From IMG/VR virus record IMGVR_UViG_3300021961_010831: 64,000 nt of DNA, one strand, 5' to 3'. Positions 19,001 to 28,645 of the stretch are shown here, one piece after another (position 1 is the stretch's first letter; every line of letters begins with the position of its first letter). Both the position numbers and the translations under genes were made by a program. This DNA comes from an uncultured virus (IMG/VR IMGVR_UViG_3300021961_010831). Taxonomy: Duplodnaviria; Heunggongvirae; Uroviricota; Caudoviricetes. The notes below the pieces were generated by a model. It worked only from the letters and a program-made list of their open reading frames with translations. It was not told where the DNA came from and did not search any database.

Positions 19001-19175
19001 AAAATGCTTCGAACTCACTATAATTTGTTATAAAGATAGGCTCGAACGCGGGACCGATTTGTGTTTCACCAACCAGACCCAAAGTTGTTACACCTACACT
19101 TTGAGCCACAAAACTCAAATCTCTTTCAGAAGTGTATACTCCAGGAGATACGAAAATTTTATTTGATACTGCCAT
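16011..19175 (-). CDS. Tail sheath protein (1054 aa, with large insertion domains)
   Basis: SPGVYTSERDLS N-terminus; PWFATAGYTRG, RINPIATF, WGNKTLQ, LNRINVRRLL, IYLKPTKALEFIDIEF C-terminus. Confidence 0.95.
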   Translation of the reverse strand: MAVSNKIFVSPGVYTSERDLSFVAQSVGVTTLGLVGETQIGPAFEPIFITNYSEFEAFFGGTLPEKFENTQIPKYELAYIAKSYLQQSNQLFVTRVLGLSGYDAGPSWSLLTVANVDPSTVTLDGVETPFSIGFTGCSGGTAVTFTTDGAFAPQILTNLNSPYPMLNGGESTIEDDLSDFLQGILDLPSSSGTSAAYFGTISDATYNALSPTYTASTNVFGVSGLSESTADYTSPNNDSWYYSNFDLTGGTGYSGYSFVSLVDTLVPFGPSGCFSGTVSGSVFNYVGTAYDGWGDLVVATWRSRGISLYATGQHGPSYTVTGTTDVIIDCSGIYSGITFNPYATFNLSGVTADGTDFSFATSMNSGDANYITKVFGTTNFGKPRNEVPLFIEEQFQNMLNYGYNQGFIRGLQCAPLALPGLRYSPNTATIANYVEKYQDAESPWVVSELNGTSVDRLFRIISIADGNGANAQIKISIENISFNNSSFDVGVRSFYDTDSNPVYLEKFTQCTMDPSSNSYVGVKIGTADGEYALLSKYIMLELNDKVDPTSVPAGFEGYVIRSYASAQPPYPVYKTAYNYPGEVIGNPPFNIPYGPNQILSPGDNIRRTFLGISSSIGYDPDFFQYKGKQAPSNLCNVDALPWNYVTKGFHMDSGATVVTITAGPTAGTPAFDCGDTSFQSDPQDPANPYYTIQSRKFAFLLQGGFDGWDIYREYRTNDDRYQIGGSLWQRGACQSTRYPLADGWGAFKLIAQDGFAEFSTSDYYAYLLGISTFNNPEAVNINVFATPGIDYINNSNLVEQAIDMVTYQRADSLYIVTTPDCNLLLPTNTDNIVPPTEAVDNLNNTGIDSNYTATYYPWILTRDTVNNTQIYIPPTNEVCRNLALTDNISFPWFATAGYTRGLVNAIKARIKLTQDQRDTLYQGRINPIATFSDVGTVIWGNKTLQIADTALNRINVRRLLLQARKLISAVAVRLLFEQNDAKVRQDFLDSVNPILDAIRRDRGLYDFRVTVSNDPADLDRNTMTGKIYLKPTKALEFIDIEFLITPTGASFENI

Positions 19176-19266
19176 TTTGTTTTAGGTTCAATAAATTTTA
19201 TTTTTATTACATAAATATTCTGAAAAAAGACAAAAACTTTACTTATAGTTTTCTATTTATAAAATG

Positions 19267-19290
19267 GGCAGTTTTAATTCTGCCTTTTTT
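19267..19290. terminator. Possible bidirectional terminator hairpin
   Basis: GGCAG-ttttaatt-CTGCC followed by TTTTTT on + and by ATTTT on -. Confidence 0.4.
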
Positions 19291-19296
19291 CTCCCT

Positions 19297-19455
19297 ATGA
19301 AAAAAGAAATAAAGAATTTGAAGATCTCACAGGAAACACATAAGGTTTTAAAAACTTATTGTGATAAGAATGGACTTAAAATGTATAAGTTTCTCGAGAA
19401 TCTAATTTTGGAAAAGTGTCAAGAGAAAAAAGACATTTACGGAGAATCATACTAA
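19297..19455 (+). CDS. Small ribbon-helix-helix-like DNA-binding protein
   Basis: KNLKISQETHKVLKTYCDKNGLKMYKFLENLI pattern (beta strand plus two helices); likely start at ATG 19297. Confidence 0.6.
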   Translation: MKKEIKNLKISQETHKVLKTYCDKNGLKMYKFLENLILEKCQEKKDIYGESY

Positions 19456-20490
19456 CTTGACTCCGTAAATAATTTTGCTTGATTGTGTAATATCGGTGGG
19501 AACTATATCCACCCTAAGAATTTCGTTTGTGTTTACTTGAATGAGTGGAACATCGGATCCATAGAAGTCATCATTAATATAGACGTCCCAACTTGATACG
19601 TTTTCAGTTTCATCAATTGTGAAATCACCCGTATAATCAACGACAATAGATTTTGTCAGTGTACCCGTTGGGTATATCATGGAAGTCTCAAATGAATCGG
19701 GGTTTTCCGGAAATGCTTTCTTTTTACCCCCTCTTTTATTTTGAACCAATTCATAAGAATTAAAAACCCTTGAAACTGCGGGAGCAACTTCAAACTCCTC
19801 TTCGTCCAATAAAAAGGCTAACATGGTAAATTCGTAGTTTTGAATATAAAATCTACGTCTTCCAATATCTACCACTGACTCATCTGCAATGCTGTTCATT
19901 ATAATTGGAATATAATGACCATTTATTTTTCTATAGGCTTGTCGTGAGGCGAAAGTTTGAATTACATTTTTATTGAATTCATTTAACTCCCTCATTCTAT
20001 TACTCAGAATCTTTACGTTATAAGTAATATCCACTGGAACAGGTTGAGGGATTTTGTAAATATCCATCCCTTTTACATTTCCGTTCCATGAAGGAACTGC
20101 GGCATAAAAATATTCTTTTCTATTTGGGATGTTGTAAATAATTGCTGGATTACTACCATATTTTACGTCAGGATTTCTGACGGTTGTAATAAATGGTAAT
20201 TCGGGGTTTCCATTAATATCATTGAAGTCCCAAGTCTGAGTAAATTGCGACCAGTTCTGAGTTGTGATAATAATGTCCACGGGAGGTATAGTTTTACCCT
20301 CAACAATCGTTTGAAGTTCTTCTTTCACAAAATCTAAAAACCCCCTATCTAAATCGGCATGTAAAAGTGACTTAGGTAGATAAGTTCCATCTTCTTTAAT
20401 GTATTCGAGCAATTGTTCTCTTCTCTGATAAAGAATCTTTTCAGGTGTGAGATTAATGTTTGGTATAATTTGTTTTTTAGGTAAAGCCAT
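19447..20490 (-). CDS. Tail terminator / tail completion-like protein
   Basis: LPFITTVR, PVPVDITYNVKI motifs; position upstream of the sheath gene. Confidence 0.55.
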   Translation of the reverse strand: MALPKKQIIPNINLTPEKILYQRREQLLEYIKEDGTYLPKSLLHADLDRGFLDFVKEELQTIVEGKTIPPVDIIITTQNWSQFTQTWDFNDINGNPELPFITTVRNPDVKYGSNPAIIYNIPNRKEYFYAAVPSWNGNVKGMDIYKIPQPVPVDITYNVKILSNRMRELNEFNKNVIQTFASRQAYRKINGHYIPIIMNSIADESVVDIGRRRFYIQNYEFTMLAFLLDEEEFEVAPAVSRVFNSYELVQNKRGGKKKAFPENPDSFETSMIYPTGTLTKSIVVDYTGDFTIDETENVSSWDVYINDDFYGSDVPLIQVNTNEILRVDIVPTDITQSSKIIYGVKLV

Positions 20491-21005
20491 TACAATCCTC
20501 TAAATTCATTTTCACTAACAGGAGTTGCTGTGTATGAGAAATAAAATTTCTTATAACCACCGTAAGTGTGTCTGTTATCCCAGTTGGGAGATCCCGCATC
20601 AATAATAGAATAGTATCTAACTTGATCTTCAGTTATCCAATAACCAATGTAGTCACCAAGTTCAATATCAACTTTCAATTCTTCGAGTTCTTGTTGGTAT
20701 ACATGGAAGTTAAGAACACCAGGTTCGTTCTGAACGATTTTAGAATTACCCAAGAATTGTTCTGTTGCACCATCAATTTTAACGTAGGCATTTATTGACA
20801 CAGGAGCCAAGAATTGAATACCGTCTTTTACCACTTCACCGTATACGTCATCGTTTACGGTTTTTGTTCTGTCAACTTTATACAAAACTATTTGGAAATT
20901 CATATCACCATCGAGCCATTCACGACCCATGGAAATATCTAAACCAAAGTCTTCACTACCGAAAAACTTACCCAATCTTGTAATAGGAACTTGTCTCTGT
21001 GCCAT
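20490..21005 (-). CDS. Neck / head-closure protein (gp14-like)
   Basis: DDVYGE, IELGDYI..RYYSI pattern; position. Likely start MAQRQ at 21005, just after a TATTTAT motif. Confidence 0.55.
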   Translation of the reverse strand: MAQRQVPITRLGKFFGSEDFGLDISMGREWLDGDMNFQIVLYKVDRTKTVNDDVYGEVVKDGIQFLAPVSINAYVKIDGATEQFLGNSKIVQNEPGVLNFHVYQQELEELKVDIELGDYIGYWITEDQVRYYSIIDAGSPNWDNRHTYGGYKKFYFSYTATPVSENEFRGL

Positions 21006-21047
21006 CTTACTTGATAAATATAACATAAATCATTATCTTTAAGGGTA

Positions 21048-22814
21048 TTGGAAGAACAAACTAACATATCAGCCGTTGGTGTTTTGGAACGTAAGGCTTT
21101 GGAACTGTTGGAAAACTATGAAGGTGCCAACAATTATATCTTGCGGTTAAAAACCAAAATGTTGGATAATCCCAAGTTCTATCCAACTCGAGCTCAATCT
21201 GAATACATCATCAATTTTCATTCAAGGGTACCAAAGGTAGCCAAGAAATGGGTAGATTTGGATCCGTACTTTGCACAAAAAATTGCGGATGATAAATTGT
21301 TCACCACAGTACCCCAACAAATTTATATTGAAAAACTTCTTGTTGAGAAGGATACCTCCTACCATATTTGGGGGAAATTCTTTGAAAAAGATTTTGTCTA
21401 CGATCTTTGGATACCGAAAGTTGCTCTTATCAGAGACAACACGGTAAAGAATGTTGAAATCGATTATTCGAAATATTCACATCGTCCACCACTCGAACAC
21501 CAAAAAGAGGCAATCCAAAAATTGTGTGAAAACAAAAAGATGATTTTGGCCGATGATATGGGTTTGGGTAAAACCACATCAACGATTATTGCCGCCTTGG
21601 AGACGGGGGCCAAGAAAATAATGATTATCTGTCCGGCATCTCTGAAGATCAACTGGCAGAGAGAAATCGAAAACTACACCGACCGCCCTACATCAATTAT
21701 TGAAGGAAAAAAATGGGAGGATGCCGATTTTATTATCATAAATTATGATATCATAAAAAACTTCCACGATGAAAAAAATAAAAAAGAGTCAATTATTCTT
21801 AATTCTAAGTTTGATTTGGTTGTTATCGACGAGGCCCATTACATACAAAATAAGCAAGCCCAAAGAACAAAACTAATAAACGACTTTGCTTTGAAGGTAG
21901 AACGACTGTGGCTTCTGACCGGTACCCCCATCACAAGTCGTCCCATCAACTATTATAACCTTCTTAACCTCATCGATTCACCTGTTGCTGTGAATTGGAT
22001 GGCATACGTAAAAAGATACTGTAATGGATTTCAATTCCGAGCGGGTAAAAGAAAAGTGTGGAACGTCAGTGGTGCATCCAATTTAGAGGAACTCCGAGAC
22101 CGTACCAAACCACAAGTACTTCGTCGCCTGAAGGAAAACGTACTTGACCTACCTGATAAAATCATCACACCAGTATACCTGAGACTTCGTTCAAAACAAT
22201 ATGAGGAACTTATGGGGGACTATTACGATTGGTACGACAAAAGTGGTGAGGCGGACTCCCTAACACTTCAGTTCACCAAACTTACTCAGGTTCGTCAGTG
22301 TATCGCCCAAGAAAAAGTATCCTCAACAATTGAACTCTGTGAGAACATTATCGAACAAGATAAGAAAGTCATTGTCTTTACAAACTTTACCAAAACTCTC
22401 GAAATGATTTTAGAACATTTCGGGAAAAAGGCGGTAAGGCTTGATGGTTCGATGAACCAAAGAGAACGTCAAGAATCTGTTGATAAATTTCAAAACGATG
22501 ATACCATAAAAATATTTGTAGGAAACATCAAAGCGGCAGGAACTGGTATCACCCTAACCTCAGGGGAAGCAGTTGTCATGAACGATTTATCCTTCCTCCC
22601 ATCCGATCACTCACAAGCCGAAGACCGTGCATATAGATACGGACAAAAAAATAATGTGTTGGTTTATTACCCCATTTTTGATAATACAATTGAAGGAATT
22701 ATTTACGATATCCTACGCAAAAAGAAGGATATTTTTGAAACTGTAATGGGGGACAAAGAATCCACAGGAGATTACGTTGAAGAAATTCTTAAGTCCATCA
22801 TTAGTAGAAGATAA
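21048..22814 (+). CDS. SNF2-family (HARP/SMARCAL1-like) helicase
   Basis: LADDMGLGKT, ICPASLKINW, DEAH, LTGTP, QAEDRAYRYGQ. Confidence 0.93.
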   Translation: MEEQTNISAVGVLERKALELLENYEGANNYILRLKTKMLDNPKFYPTRAQSEYIINFHSRVPKVAKKWVDLDPYFAQKIADDKLFTTVPQQIYIEKLLVEKDTSYHIWGKFFEKDFVYDLWIPKVALIRDNTVKNVEIDYSKYSHRPPLEHQKEAIQKLCENKKMILADDMGLGKTTSTIIAALETGAKKIMIICPASLKINWQREIENYTDRPTSIIEGKKWEDADFIIINYDIIKNFHDEKNKKESIILNSKFDLVVIDEAHYIQNKQAQRTKLINDFALKVERLWLLTGTPITSRPINYYNLLNLIDSPVAVNWMAYVKRYCNGFQFRAGKRKVWNVSGASNLEELRDRTKPQVLRRLKENVLDLPDKIITPVYLRLRSKQYEELMGDYYDWYDKSGEADSLTLQFTKLTQVRQCIAQEKVSSTIELCENIIEQDKKVIVFTNFTKTLEMILEHFGKKAVRLDGSMNQRERQESVDKFQNDDTIKIFVGNIKAAGTGITLTSGEAVVMNDLSFLPSDHSQAEDRAYRYGQKNNVLVYYPIFDNTIEGIIYDILRKKKDIFETVMGDKESTGDYVEEILKSIISRR

Positions 22815-22858
22815 TAAGTTGGGGGTATTTATATTCAATAAACTATAGTACCCGAAAT

Positions 22859-24376
22859 ATGAAAAATATCAAAAACAAAATTCAAGTACTCGAAGAACGT
22901 ATCCGTCAGAACGAACAACAACTTCACGAAGCCAAGAAAATCAGAGCCGAGAAATTACCTTACGGATATTCAGCCTTACGTCAGTTCATTGACCCCGAGA
23001 CAATGAACATCCACTATAACAAACACTATAAAGGTTATATCACCAAACTCAACGATGCGTTAGATGGAAAGAATTATGGTGACTTGTCATTAGAGGAAAT
23101 CATAAAAACAATCGAAAGATTTTCTAAAACCATTCGTGATAACGCCGGTGGAGCTTACAACCACGCAATCTTTTGGAAAATGTTATCCCCCACCGAGATG
23201 GAACCAAAAGGAGAAATCCTCAAAAAAATCAACTCGAATTTCGGATCTGTAACTAATTTCAAAAAGAAATTTGATGAATACGCAAAAAAAAGATTCGGTT
23301 CAGGATGGGTATGGTTGGTCCTAACAAAGAGGGGGACCCTCAAAATTATGACAACCGCAAATCAGGACAATCCTTTGATGAACGTTATAAAACAAGGGGG
23401 ACATCCTTTACTCGGATTGGATTTGTGGGAACACGCATACTATCTAAAATATCGTAACAAAAGAGATGAATACATCAGAAACTTTTGGAAGGTAGTAAAT
23501 TGGGAATTTGTTGAAGAAGAACTGAAACGACTCACTAACAAAAATCTTCAGGAAAGTATTTCTACAAAAAAAATACTAAAGGAACAATCTCAAATGAACT
23601 CATGTTCAGACCAAGAAAGAACAAGAATTAGAACAATGTTCAATAACAATCCTGATGTCTTGGAAATGTATAAGACCAGTATTATGGCTTTTTTGGAGGA
23701 TGTTTTCAAAGACAAGCACTACGCAAGAAATGAATATGGTCCAAACACCGCAAGTGGAGTTTATGATTTAGAAAAACCAGGTCGTTCGATAATAAATTAT
23801 TTGAACACAAATTACAGTGCTTTTTGTCCACTACTTCGTGACTTAAATTTGGTCTTGACCCGAGCAAACATGGATCCTATCAACTTTCAAGGTAAGACCA
23901 AAGAAGAACAGGTAAATGAAATGGCTCGTATGTTGGGATTTATAAACCAACTTAAGTTTAGAATTTTTGACCCTAATTCAAAGACGTTTCAGACTTTATT
24001 TAGAGTTTTAAATCAAACATCAGGAAAAGGAAATAAAACCGAGGATGTTGTAGAGAAGAAATTCAAAGAAAAATTCGGGGCAGAAAACATACAAAGGATT
24101 GGAGAACTTGGTAGTAAAGAAGACATGATGGGTGTTGATATCAAGGTAATGATCGATGGAAAATTACACACAGCACAAGTAAAACCGTTCGATTCAATTA
24201 ATAAAGAAGATGATTTAGTAAGAATCGGTGGTAGTGCAAACGTAAAGAAGTACAACACAGATTGGATGGTTTTTGTACGTAGAGGTAAAGATATTGTTGT
24301 ATTCGATAATACAAACTCCGAAATAAAAGACGGGTCATATTATTTTCCTGAAAATTCATTATTGTACCAATTCTAA
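22859..24376 (+). CDS. sod: Fe/Mn superoxide dismutase fused to a C-terminal PD-(D/E)xK-like domain
   Basis: SOD ligands HYNKHY, GGAYNHAIFW, FGSGWVWL, NQDNP, DLWEHAYY in aa ~30-225; C-terminal GNKTE...DMMGVDI...TAQVKP. Confidence 0.85.
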   Translation: MKNIKNKIQVLEERIRQNEQQLHEAKKIRAEKLPYGYSALRQFIDPETMNIHYNKHYKGYITKLNDALDGKNYGDLSLEEIIKTIERFSKTIRDNAGGAYNHAIFWKMLSPTEMEPKGEILKKINSNFGSVTNFKKKFDEYAKKRFGSGWVWLVLTKRGTLKIMTTANQDNPLMNVIKQGGHPLLGLDLWEHAYYLKYRNKRDEYIRNFWKVVNWEFVEEELKRLTNKNLQESISTKKILKEQSQMNSCSDQERTRIRTMFNNNPDVLEMYKTSIMAFLEDVFKDKHYARNEYGPNTASGVYDLEKPGRSIINYLNTNYSAFCPLLRDLNLVLTRANMDPINFQGKTKEEQVNEMARMLGFINQLKFRIFDPNSKTFQTLFRVLNQTSGKGNKTEDVVEKKFKEKFGAENIQRIGELGSKEDMMGVDIKVMIDGKLHTAQVKPFDSINKEDDLVRIGGSANVKKYNTDWMVFVRRGKDIVVFDNTNSEIKDGSYYFPENSLLYQF

Positions 24377-24407
24377 TTATTGGATATTTATATAGAAAAA
24401 CATTAGG

Positions 24408-25526
24408 ATGGCTGTAATTCCAGAACCAGAAAGAACCAAACTATATAACCGTATTCTCAATTTATTAGGGGCACCACTCCGTGCTGTAGAATTGGAGTAT
24501 GAAATGATGGACTCACTATTGGAGTTAGCCGTCGGGGATTACGCTCAATATGTTCAAGATTGGTTGATCGAATCTCAATGGACTTCATTATATGGATTGA
24601 ATTTAGAGACTGAATCTTTGGCAAACGCTTTAATCAGAAGGTCATTAGATTGGGAAACTCAATACACTTACGCATATTCCAAAATTGCAGGATTACAAAA
24701 TGCAGGACCATATGTTCTTAAAAAAGATTATTTCGATCTTGTACCAAACCAACAAGTTTACGAAATACCCGCATGTAGAGAAATCAACCAATTACTTTGG
24801 TATTCACCAAGTGAAATGAACAATATGTTGTTCGATCCTTGGTCATTCGGATCATTTGGTGGAGGTGGTGGATTAGGTGGTCCAGGTGGATTTGCCCAAG
24901 CTGGTTTGGGTGGAGGAGGATACTTCTTCTTTTCATCTTATGATGTTATGTCTCGATTACAAGATATAAATGTAAAAAGAAGACTTATTCAGCCTGATTT
25001 ACAATATCAAGTAACAGCCCTTCCCGATGGAAAGAAAGCGGTTTGGTTATTCAACACACCAGGGGGTAAATTTGACTTCGGTGATAATGAATTAAGTAGA
25101 GGAAAAGTATGGTATTGGTACTATGAAGTATGTGGTGATGAAAGGGACCTTTGTTTAAAAGACAATCCTGACATCGTAAAATTACCTTCTGACATTCCAC
25201 TTGATGAAATTATGTGGATAGATCTTAACGAGCCCTCAAAAGTTTGGGTCAGAAGATGGTTTACTGCCTACTGTAAAGAGACCTTAGCCCGAGTTCGTGG
25301 AAAATTCAGTGGAAATTTGAAAACACCTGACAGTGAAGTTACGATGGATTACCAATCCTTACAAACAGAAGCTAAAGATGAAAAAGTTACACTTCTAACT
25401 GAATTACAACAGAGACTAGAAAGATTACGTCCTGAAAACCAAATGAAAAAAGAGGCTGAAATTGCAACTAACTTAAATACTCAGTTGAAATATAGGCCGA
25501 TGACTATTCCAATAACTGTTGTATAA
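24408..25526 (+). CDS. Neck / head-tail adaptor protein (gp13-like)
   Basis: LLGAPLRAVEL N-terminus and WVRRWFTAYCKETLARVRGKF C-terminal motif typical of myovirus neck proteins. Confidence 0.7.
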   Translation: MAVIPEPERTKLYNRILNLLGAPLRAVELEYEMMDSLLELAVGDYAQYVQDWLIESQWTSLYGLNLETESLANALIRRSLDWETQYTYAYSKIAGLQNAGPYVLKKDYFDLVPNQQVYEIPACREINQLLWYSPSEMNNMLFDPWSFGSFGGGGGLGGPGGFAQAGLGGGGYFFFSSYDVMSRLQDINVKRRLIQPDLQYQVTALPDGKKAVWLFNTPGGKFDFGDNELSRGKVWYWYYEVCGDERDLCLKDNPDIVKLPSDIPLDEIMWIDLNEPSKVWVRRWFTAYCKETLARVRGKFSGNLKTPDSEVTMDYQSLQTEAKDEKVTLLTELQQRLERLRPENQMKKEAEIATNLNTQLKYRPMTIPITVV

Positions 25527-25861
25527 TGTCTATTATCAGAACAATCCCAGTAGAAAAAATAATCAACGGAAACAAAGTCCGTACGTCTGAGTCTGCAATT
25601 ATTTCAGAACGTAAATATGTAACCAACGGAGAATATGCGTTAGTTATCCGTGGTGTTGATTTGTGTGAAATTCAACTAAACTCAAAAACAACTGATAAAG
25701 TCAAAATCAAGGCAATGACAAATGTCTTGATCAAACCAGACACCGGAAGGATCGATGAAGAGTGGGATGAAATCAGTTTAGAAAGAGGTGCATGTATCGA
25801 ACTAGTCAATATCAATAAGGGTTGGTACATCCTTTCCTCTGATGGTTTGAAAATTTGGTAA
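25526..25861 (+). CDS. Hypothetical protein (111 aa, beta-rich)
   Basis: Translationally coupled (TAATG) to the neck gene. Confidence 0.6.
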   Translation: MSIIRTIPVEKIINGNKVRTSESAIISERKYVTNGEYALVIRGVDLCEIQLNSKTTDKVKIKAMTNVLIKPDTGRIDEEWDEISLERGACIELVNINKGWYILSSDGLKIW

Positions 25862-28645
25862 TTCAACAACTTCTTTTTCCCACCCATTTTCAGCAATATC
25901 ATACATGTAGGTTGGATTCAACCCTCTTCTTGACCAATAATTTAATTCCTGATCTGAGATCGTAAGTACATCCTGAAGATCATCTTGGTCACCTTCTGAC
26001 AATGGATGTCCATTCAACAATTCACATTGTTTTGTAGTGAAAATACCTCGTTTTTCAGGATCATCAACAAGTAAATTTTGTCTTACCTCATCTTGAAACA
26101 CAACCATCAAAGGTTCAATTCTTTTATTAAATGTTGACACAGCTCTTGCAACATTATAATCACCAGTCATTTCGGGATTTCTTTCAAGTTCTTCTTGATT
26201 TAGTAAATAACAATTCAACTGAATTCTTGATTCGGTATCTAACAATAAGTCACCCGTTTTCTTAAAATGTCTTTCTCGTTGTAAATCACTGTATTTTTTT
26301 GCGGGTACCTTCTGAACATCACCATGTGAGGCTCTTTCACCATTATTAACATACATGATAATGTCCCCCAAGTTTACAGCAAGGTTGTGTTGGATTGCTA
26401 ACTCCATATGTGCTTGTCGTGACATTAGAGAACCCGCCTTTGTTTTTTGGGTACACCTAAACTTATATTCTTCTAAACTTTGTTTTACTTTAGCCTTTTG
26501 AGCGATCTTAATTAAAGGTATTTGTTGATCATAGATCCTTTCCAAGTATTCATAGTAATATTCTACAAATTCTTTTCCTTGACCCTTTAGGAGCATCTTG
26601 ATTCCCTTATCTAAGAAATCCTCAATATATCCTGGTAATTTTTTTGATTTGATTGTGTTACCAACAAGTTTTACTTTTCCACTGTCAGTCATCAAAGCGT
26701 AATTTTTTCGAGCCAAGTTGATACATGAGGGCCAAACACCGTCATTATCCAAAGCCATCTCCCCTCGCATGAATATGTCATTATATTCAGCAATGTCGGC
26801 GGTGGCACCTGTATATTCTTTACCCTCCTTAACTTTCCAATTTAACCCACGACCGATGTACTTACGAGTTTCAACATCAGCTGGTGCTGAGAAGTTTACA
26901 CCGTCAGTATCCATTACTAACGCTTCATAACCTCTGTTCATGAAAAATGAAATCATCTGTCGTAGATACTGACGACCTGTACAGGTGATTTGTTCACCCA
27001 TATACATATCACCCCAATGATAGACTTGAGGTGCTGAAAGAGCACCGAACATCGAGTTGATAAAAATCTTGATAGGTAATTGTTTTCTATCGTAAGATTT
27101 AGACTTTTTGGGGTCAGATTCAGAATATTCTTCGGCCAATTGTTTGTATGAAATACGTGAATCTCGGAAATACTTTAACAATCCTTTCATGGCACCAGTA
27201 ACATCACAAGTAGGAAAAACATCATGGACAAGTTGAATAGATGGGTACAGTGAAGAGAAGTCCAACTTCAATACATTTGTGGAATACCCGACTTTAATCA
27301 AACGAGAAAGTCCACCCACAAAATCTGTTTTAGTCTCCTTAGCTGGAATTGCCAAATTATATTTATAAGACCAAGCCAACATAATCATCTTCCACAAAGT
27401 TGCGGTACCCATAGTACTTACTCGTTCGTAAGTTGTGGGAACTAACGAAGCCAAAAGAAACGAACCTTGGTTAAATTCGTCGTCTACCTTAAGTGTTTCA
27501 ACCAAGTCATCGTCAAGATACATCTCAACAATCTTATCACCTGTAACTCGTTCATATACATCAGGAAAACGTTTATCCAAGTCTTTAAATTTAGGATCAT
27601 CCGCTCGTTTATATTTTCCATTTGTTGTGTTCAACCAATATTCTTCCTTTTTAGAATACATAGAACCAATTTCTGTGTGATCAATGTAGATACGATTGGC
27701 ATCTTCGATTTCAAGATATTGTGTAATATATTTCAATCCCGCACTCTTGATACTAGAATTTATAGCTTGAGCTCTTCGTACAGAATGAAGAATATCAATC
27801 ACGTTGTAACCCCAAATAGAAACCTGTGGATAACGCTCAACTTCGTTGGCAAGCTTCAACATTTGTTCTTTTTGAGTAATAGTTCTTTGTGGGTTAAGTG
27901 ACTTACATATCTTTTTTACGTCCAATCCAAGTGCTTTACATCTTTCAAAAATCCAGAACCAGTCAAAGTTGAATGAGTTATAACCACCAATGATGGAAGG
28001 TTTTAGATGGTCAATGGTGTCAAAAAATTTGATTAGTCCAACTCGTTCCTTTTCCTCAGTATCACACTCAATCACTTCATGGAACCCAGTATTAGTTTTC
28101 ATACCGATCATGAATATACGACCATCCTTAGGTTCAAGAGAGGTGGTCTCCAAGTCAAATACAAATCGTGTTATATCGTTGTATTCTTCATATCCTTTGA
28201 ATAATCGTTTCTCCTTTTGAATTAGATATTGCTCAACAGGGGGTAACATCAAAAACAGTTCTCTTACATTCTCAGCCCATGGGTCAATTCCACCCTCACG
28301 AAAAAATTGTGTCAATGCTCTGTACCCAGCCAAACATTTTACAAGGTATGTCAAACCCTTTTCTAATCTTTCGTTATTGTGGGTCTCGAGTTTTTCAATA
28401 ACAATTTTGTATTTTGACATTGCAGCTTTTTGTTCTGCCTTAGATCCCTTATAAAAATTTAAACCCCTTAGATCACCGACCCAAGCAAATGGAACAAAAT
28501 GGTCTTTATTGATCGATTTCCCTTTTCCAGGTATTTCTTTGATTTTGTATATAGAATCAGTGATGTAATCGAATTCTATCGACACAATAAATTCTTCAGG
28601 GTCATTACCCTCCAAAAATGATTTGATTTCTTCAGTAGATATCAT
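25802..28645 (-). CDS. DNA polymerase family B
   Basis: Exo I FDLETT, YNSFNFD; pol motifs DFSSLYPS, KIFINSMFG, MDTDG, KNYA. Likely start MISTEE at 28645. Confidence 0.95.
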   Translation of the reverse strand: MISTEEIKSFLEGNDPEEFIVSIEFDYITDSIYKIKEIPGKGKSINKDHFVPFAWVGDLRGLNFYKGSKAEQKAAMSKYKIVIEKLETHNNERLEKGLTYLVKCLAGYRALTQFFREGGIDPWAENVRELFLMLPPVEQYLIQKEKRLFKGYEEYNDITRFVFDLETTSLEPKDGRIFMIGMKTNTGFHEVIECDTEEKERVGLIKFFDTIDHLKPSIIGGYNSFNFDWFWIFERCKALGLDVKKICKSLNPQRTITQKEQMLKLANEVERYPQVSIWGYNVIDILHSVRRAQAINSSIKSAGLKYITQYLEIEDANRIYIDHTEIGSMYSKKEEYWLNTTNGKYKRADDPKFKDLDKRFPDVYERVTGDKIVEMYLDDDLVETLKVDDEFNQGSFLLASLVPTTYERVSTMGTATLWKMIMLAWSYKYNLAIPAKETKTDFVGGLSRLIKVGYSTNVLKLDFSSLYPSIQLVHDVFPTCDVTGAMKGLLKYFRDSRISYKQLAEEYSESDPKKSKSYDRKQLPIKIFINSMFGALSAPQVYHWGDMYMGEQITCTGRQYLRQMISFFMNRGYEALVMDTDGVNFSAPADVETRKYIGRGLNWKVKEGKEYTGATADIAEYNDIFMRGEMALDNDGVWPSCINLARKNYALMTDSGKVKLVGNTIKSKKLPGYIEDFLDKGIKMLLKGQGKEFVEYYYEYLERIYDQQIPLIKIAQKAKVKQSLEEYKFRCTQKTKAGSLMSRQAHMELAIQHNLAVNLGDIIMYVNNGERASHGDVQKVPAKKYSDLQRERHFKKTGDLLLDTESRIQLNCYLLNQEELERNPEMTGDYNVARAVSTFNKRIEPLMVVFQDEVRQNLLVDDPEKRGIFTTKQCELLNGHPLSEGDQDDLQDVLTISDQELNYWSRRGLNPTYMYDIAENGWEKEVVELPNFQTIRGKDVPTLIDID

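Noticed and set aside
1..21005. Bacterial extracellular contractile injection system or tailocin
   Set aside because: Neck proteins, PolB, late sigma factor, PhoH and the absence of cellular housekeeping genes indicate a phage genome
25802..28645. Intein or intron in the DNA polymerase
   Set aside because: Motifs are normally spaced; no intein termini or homing-endonuclease motifs were seen
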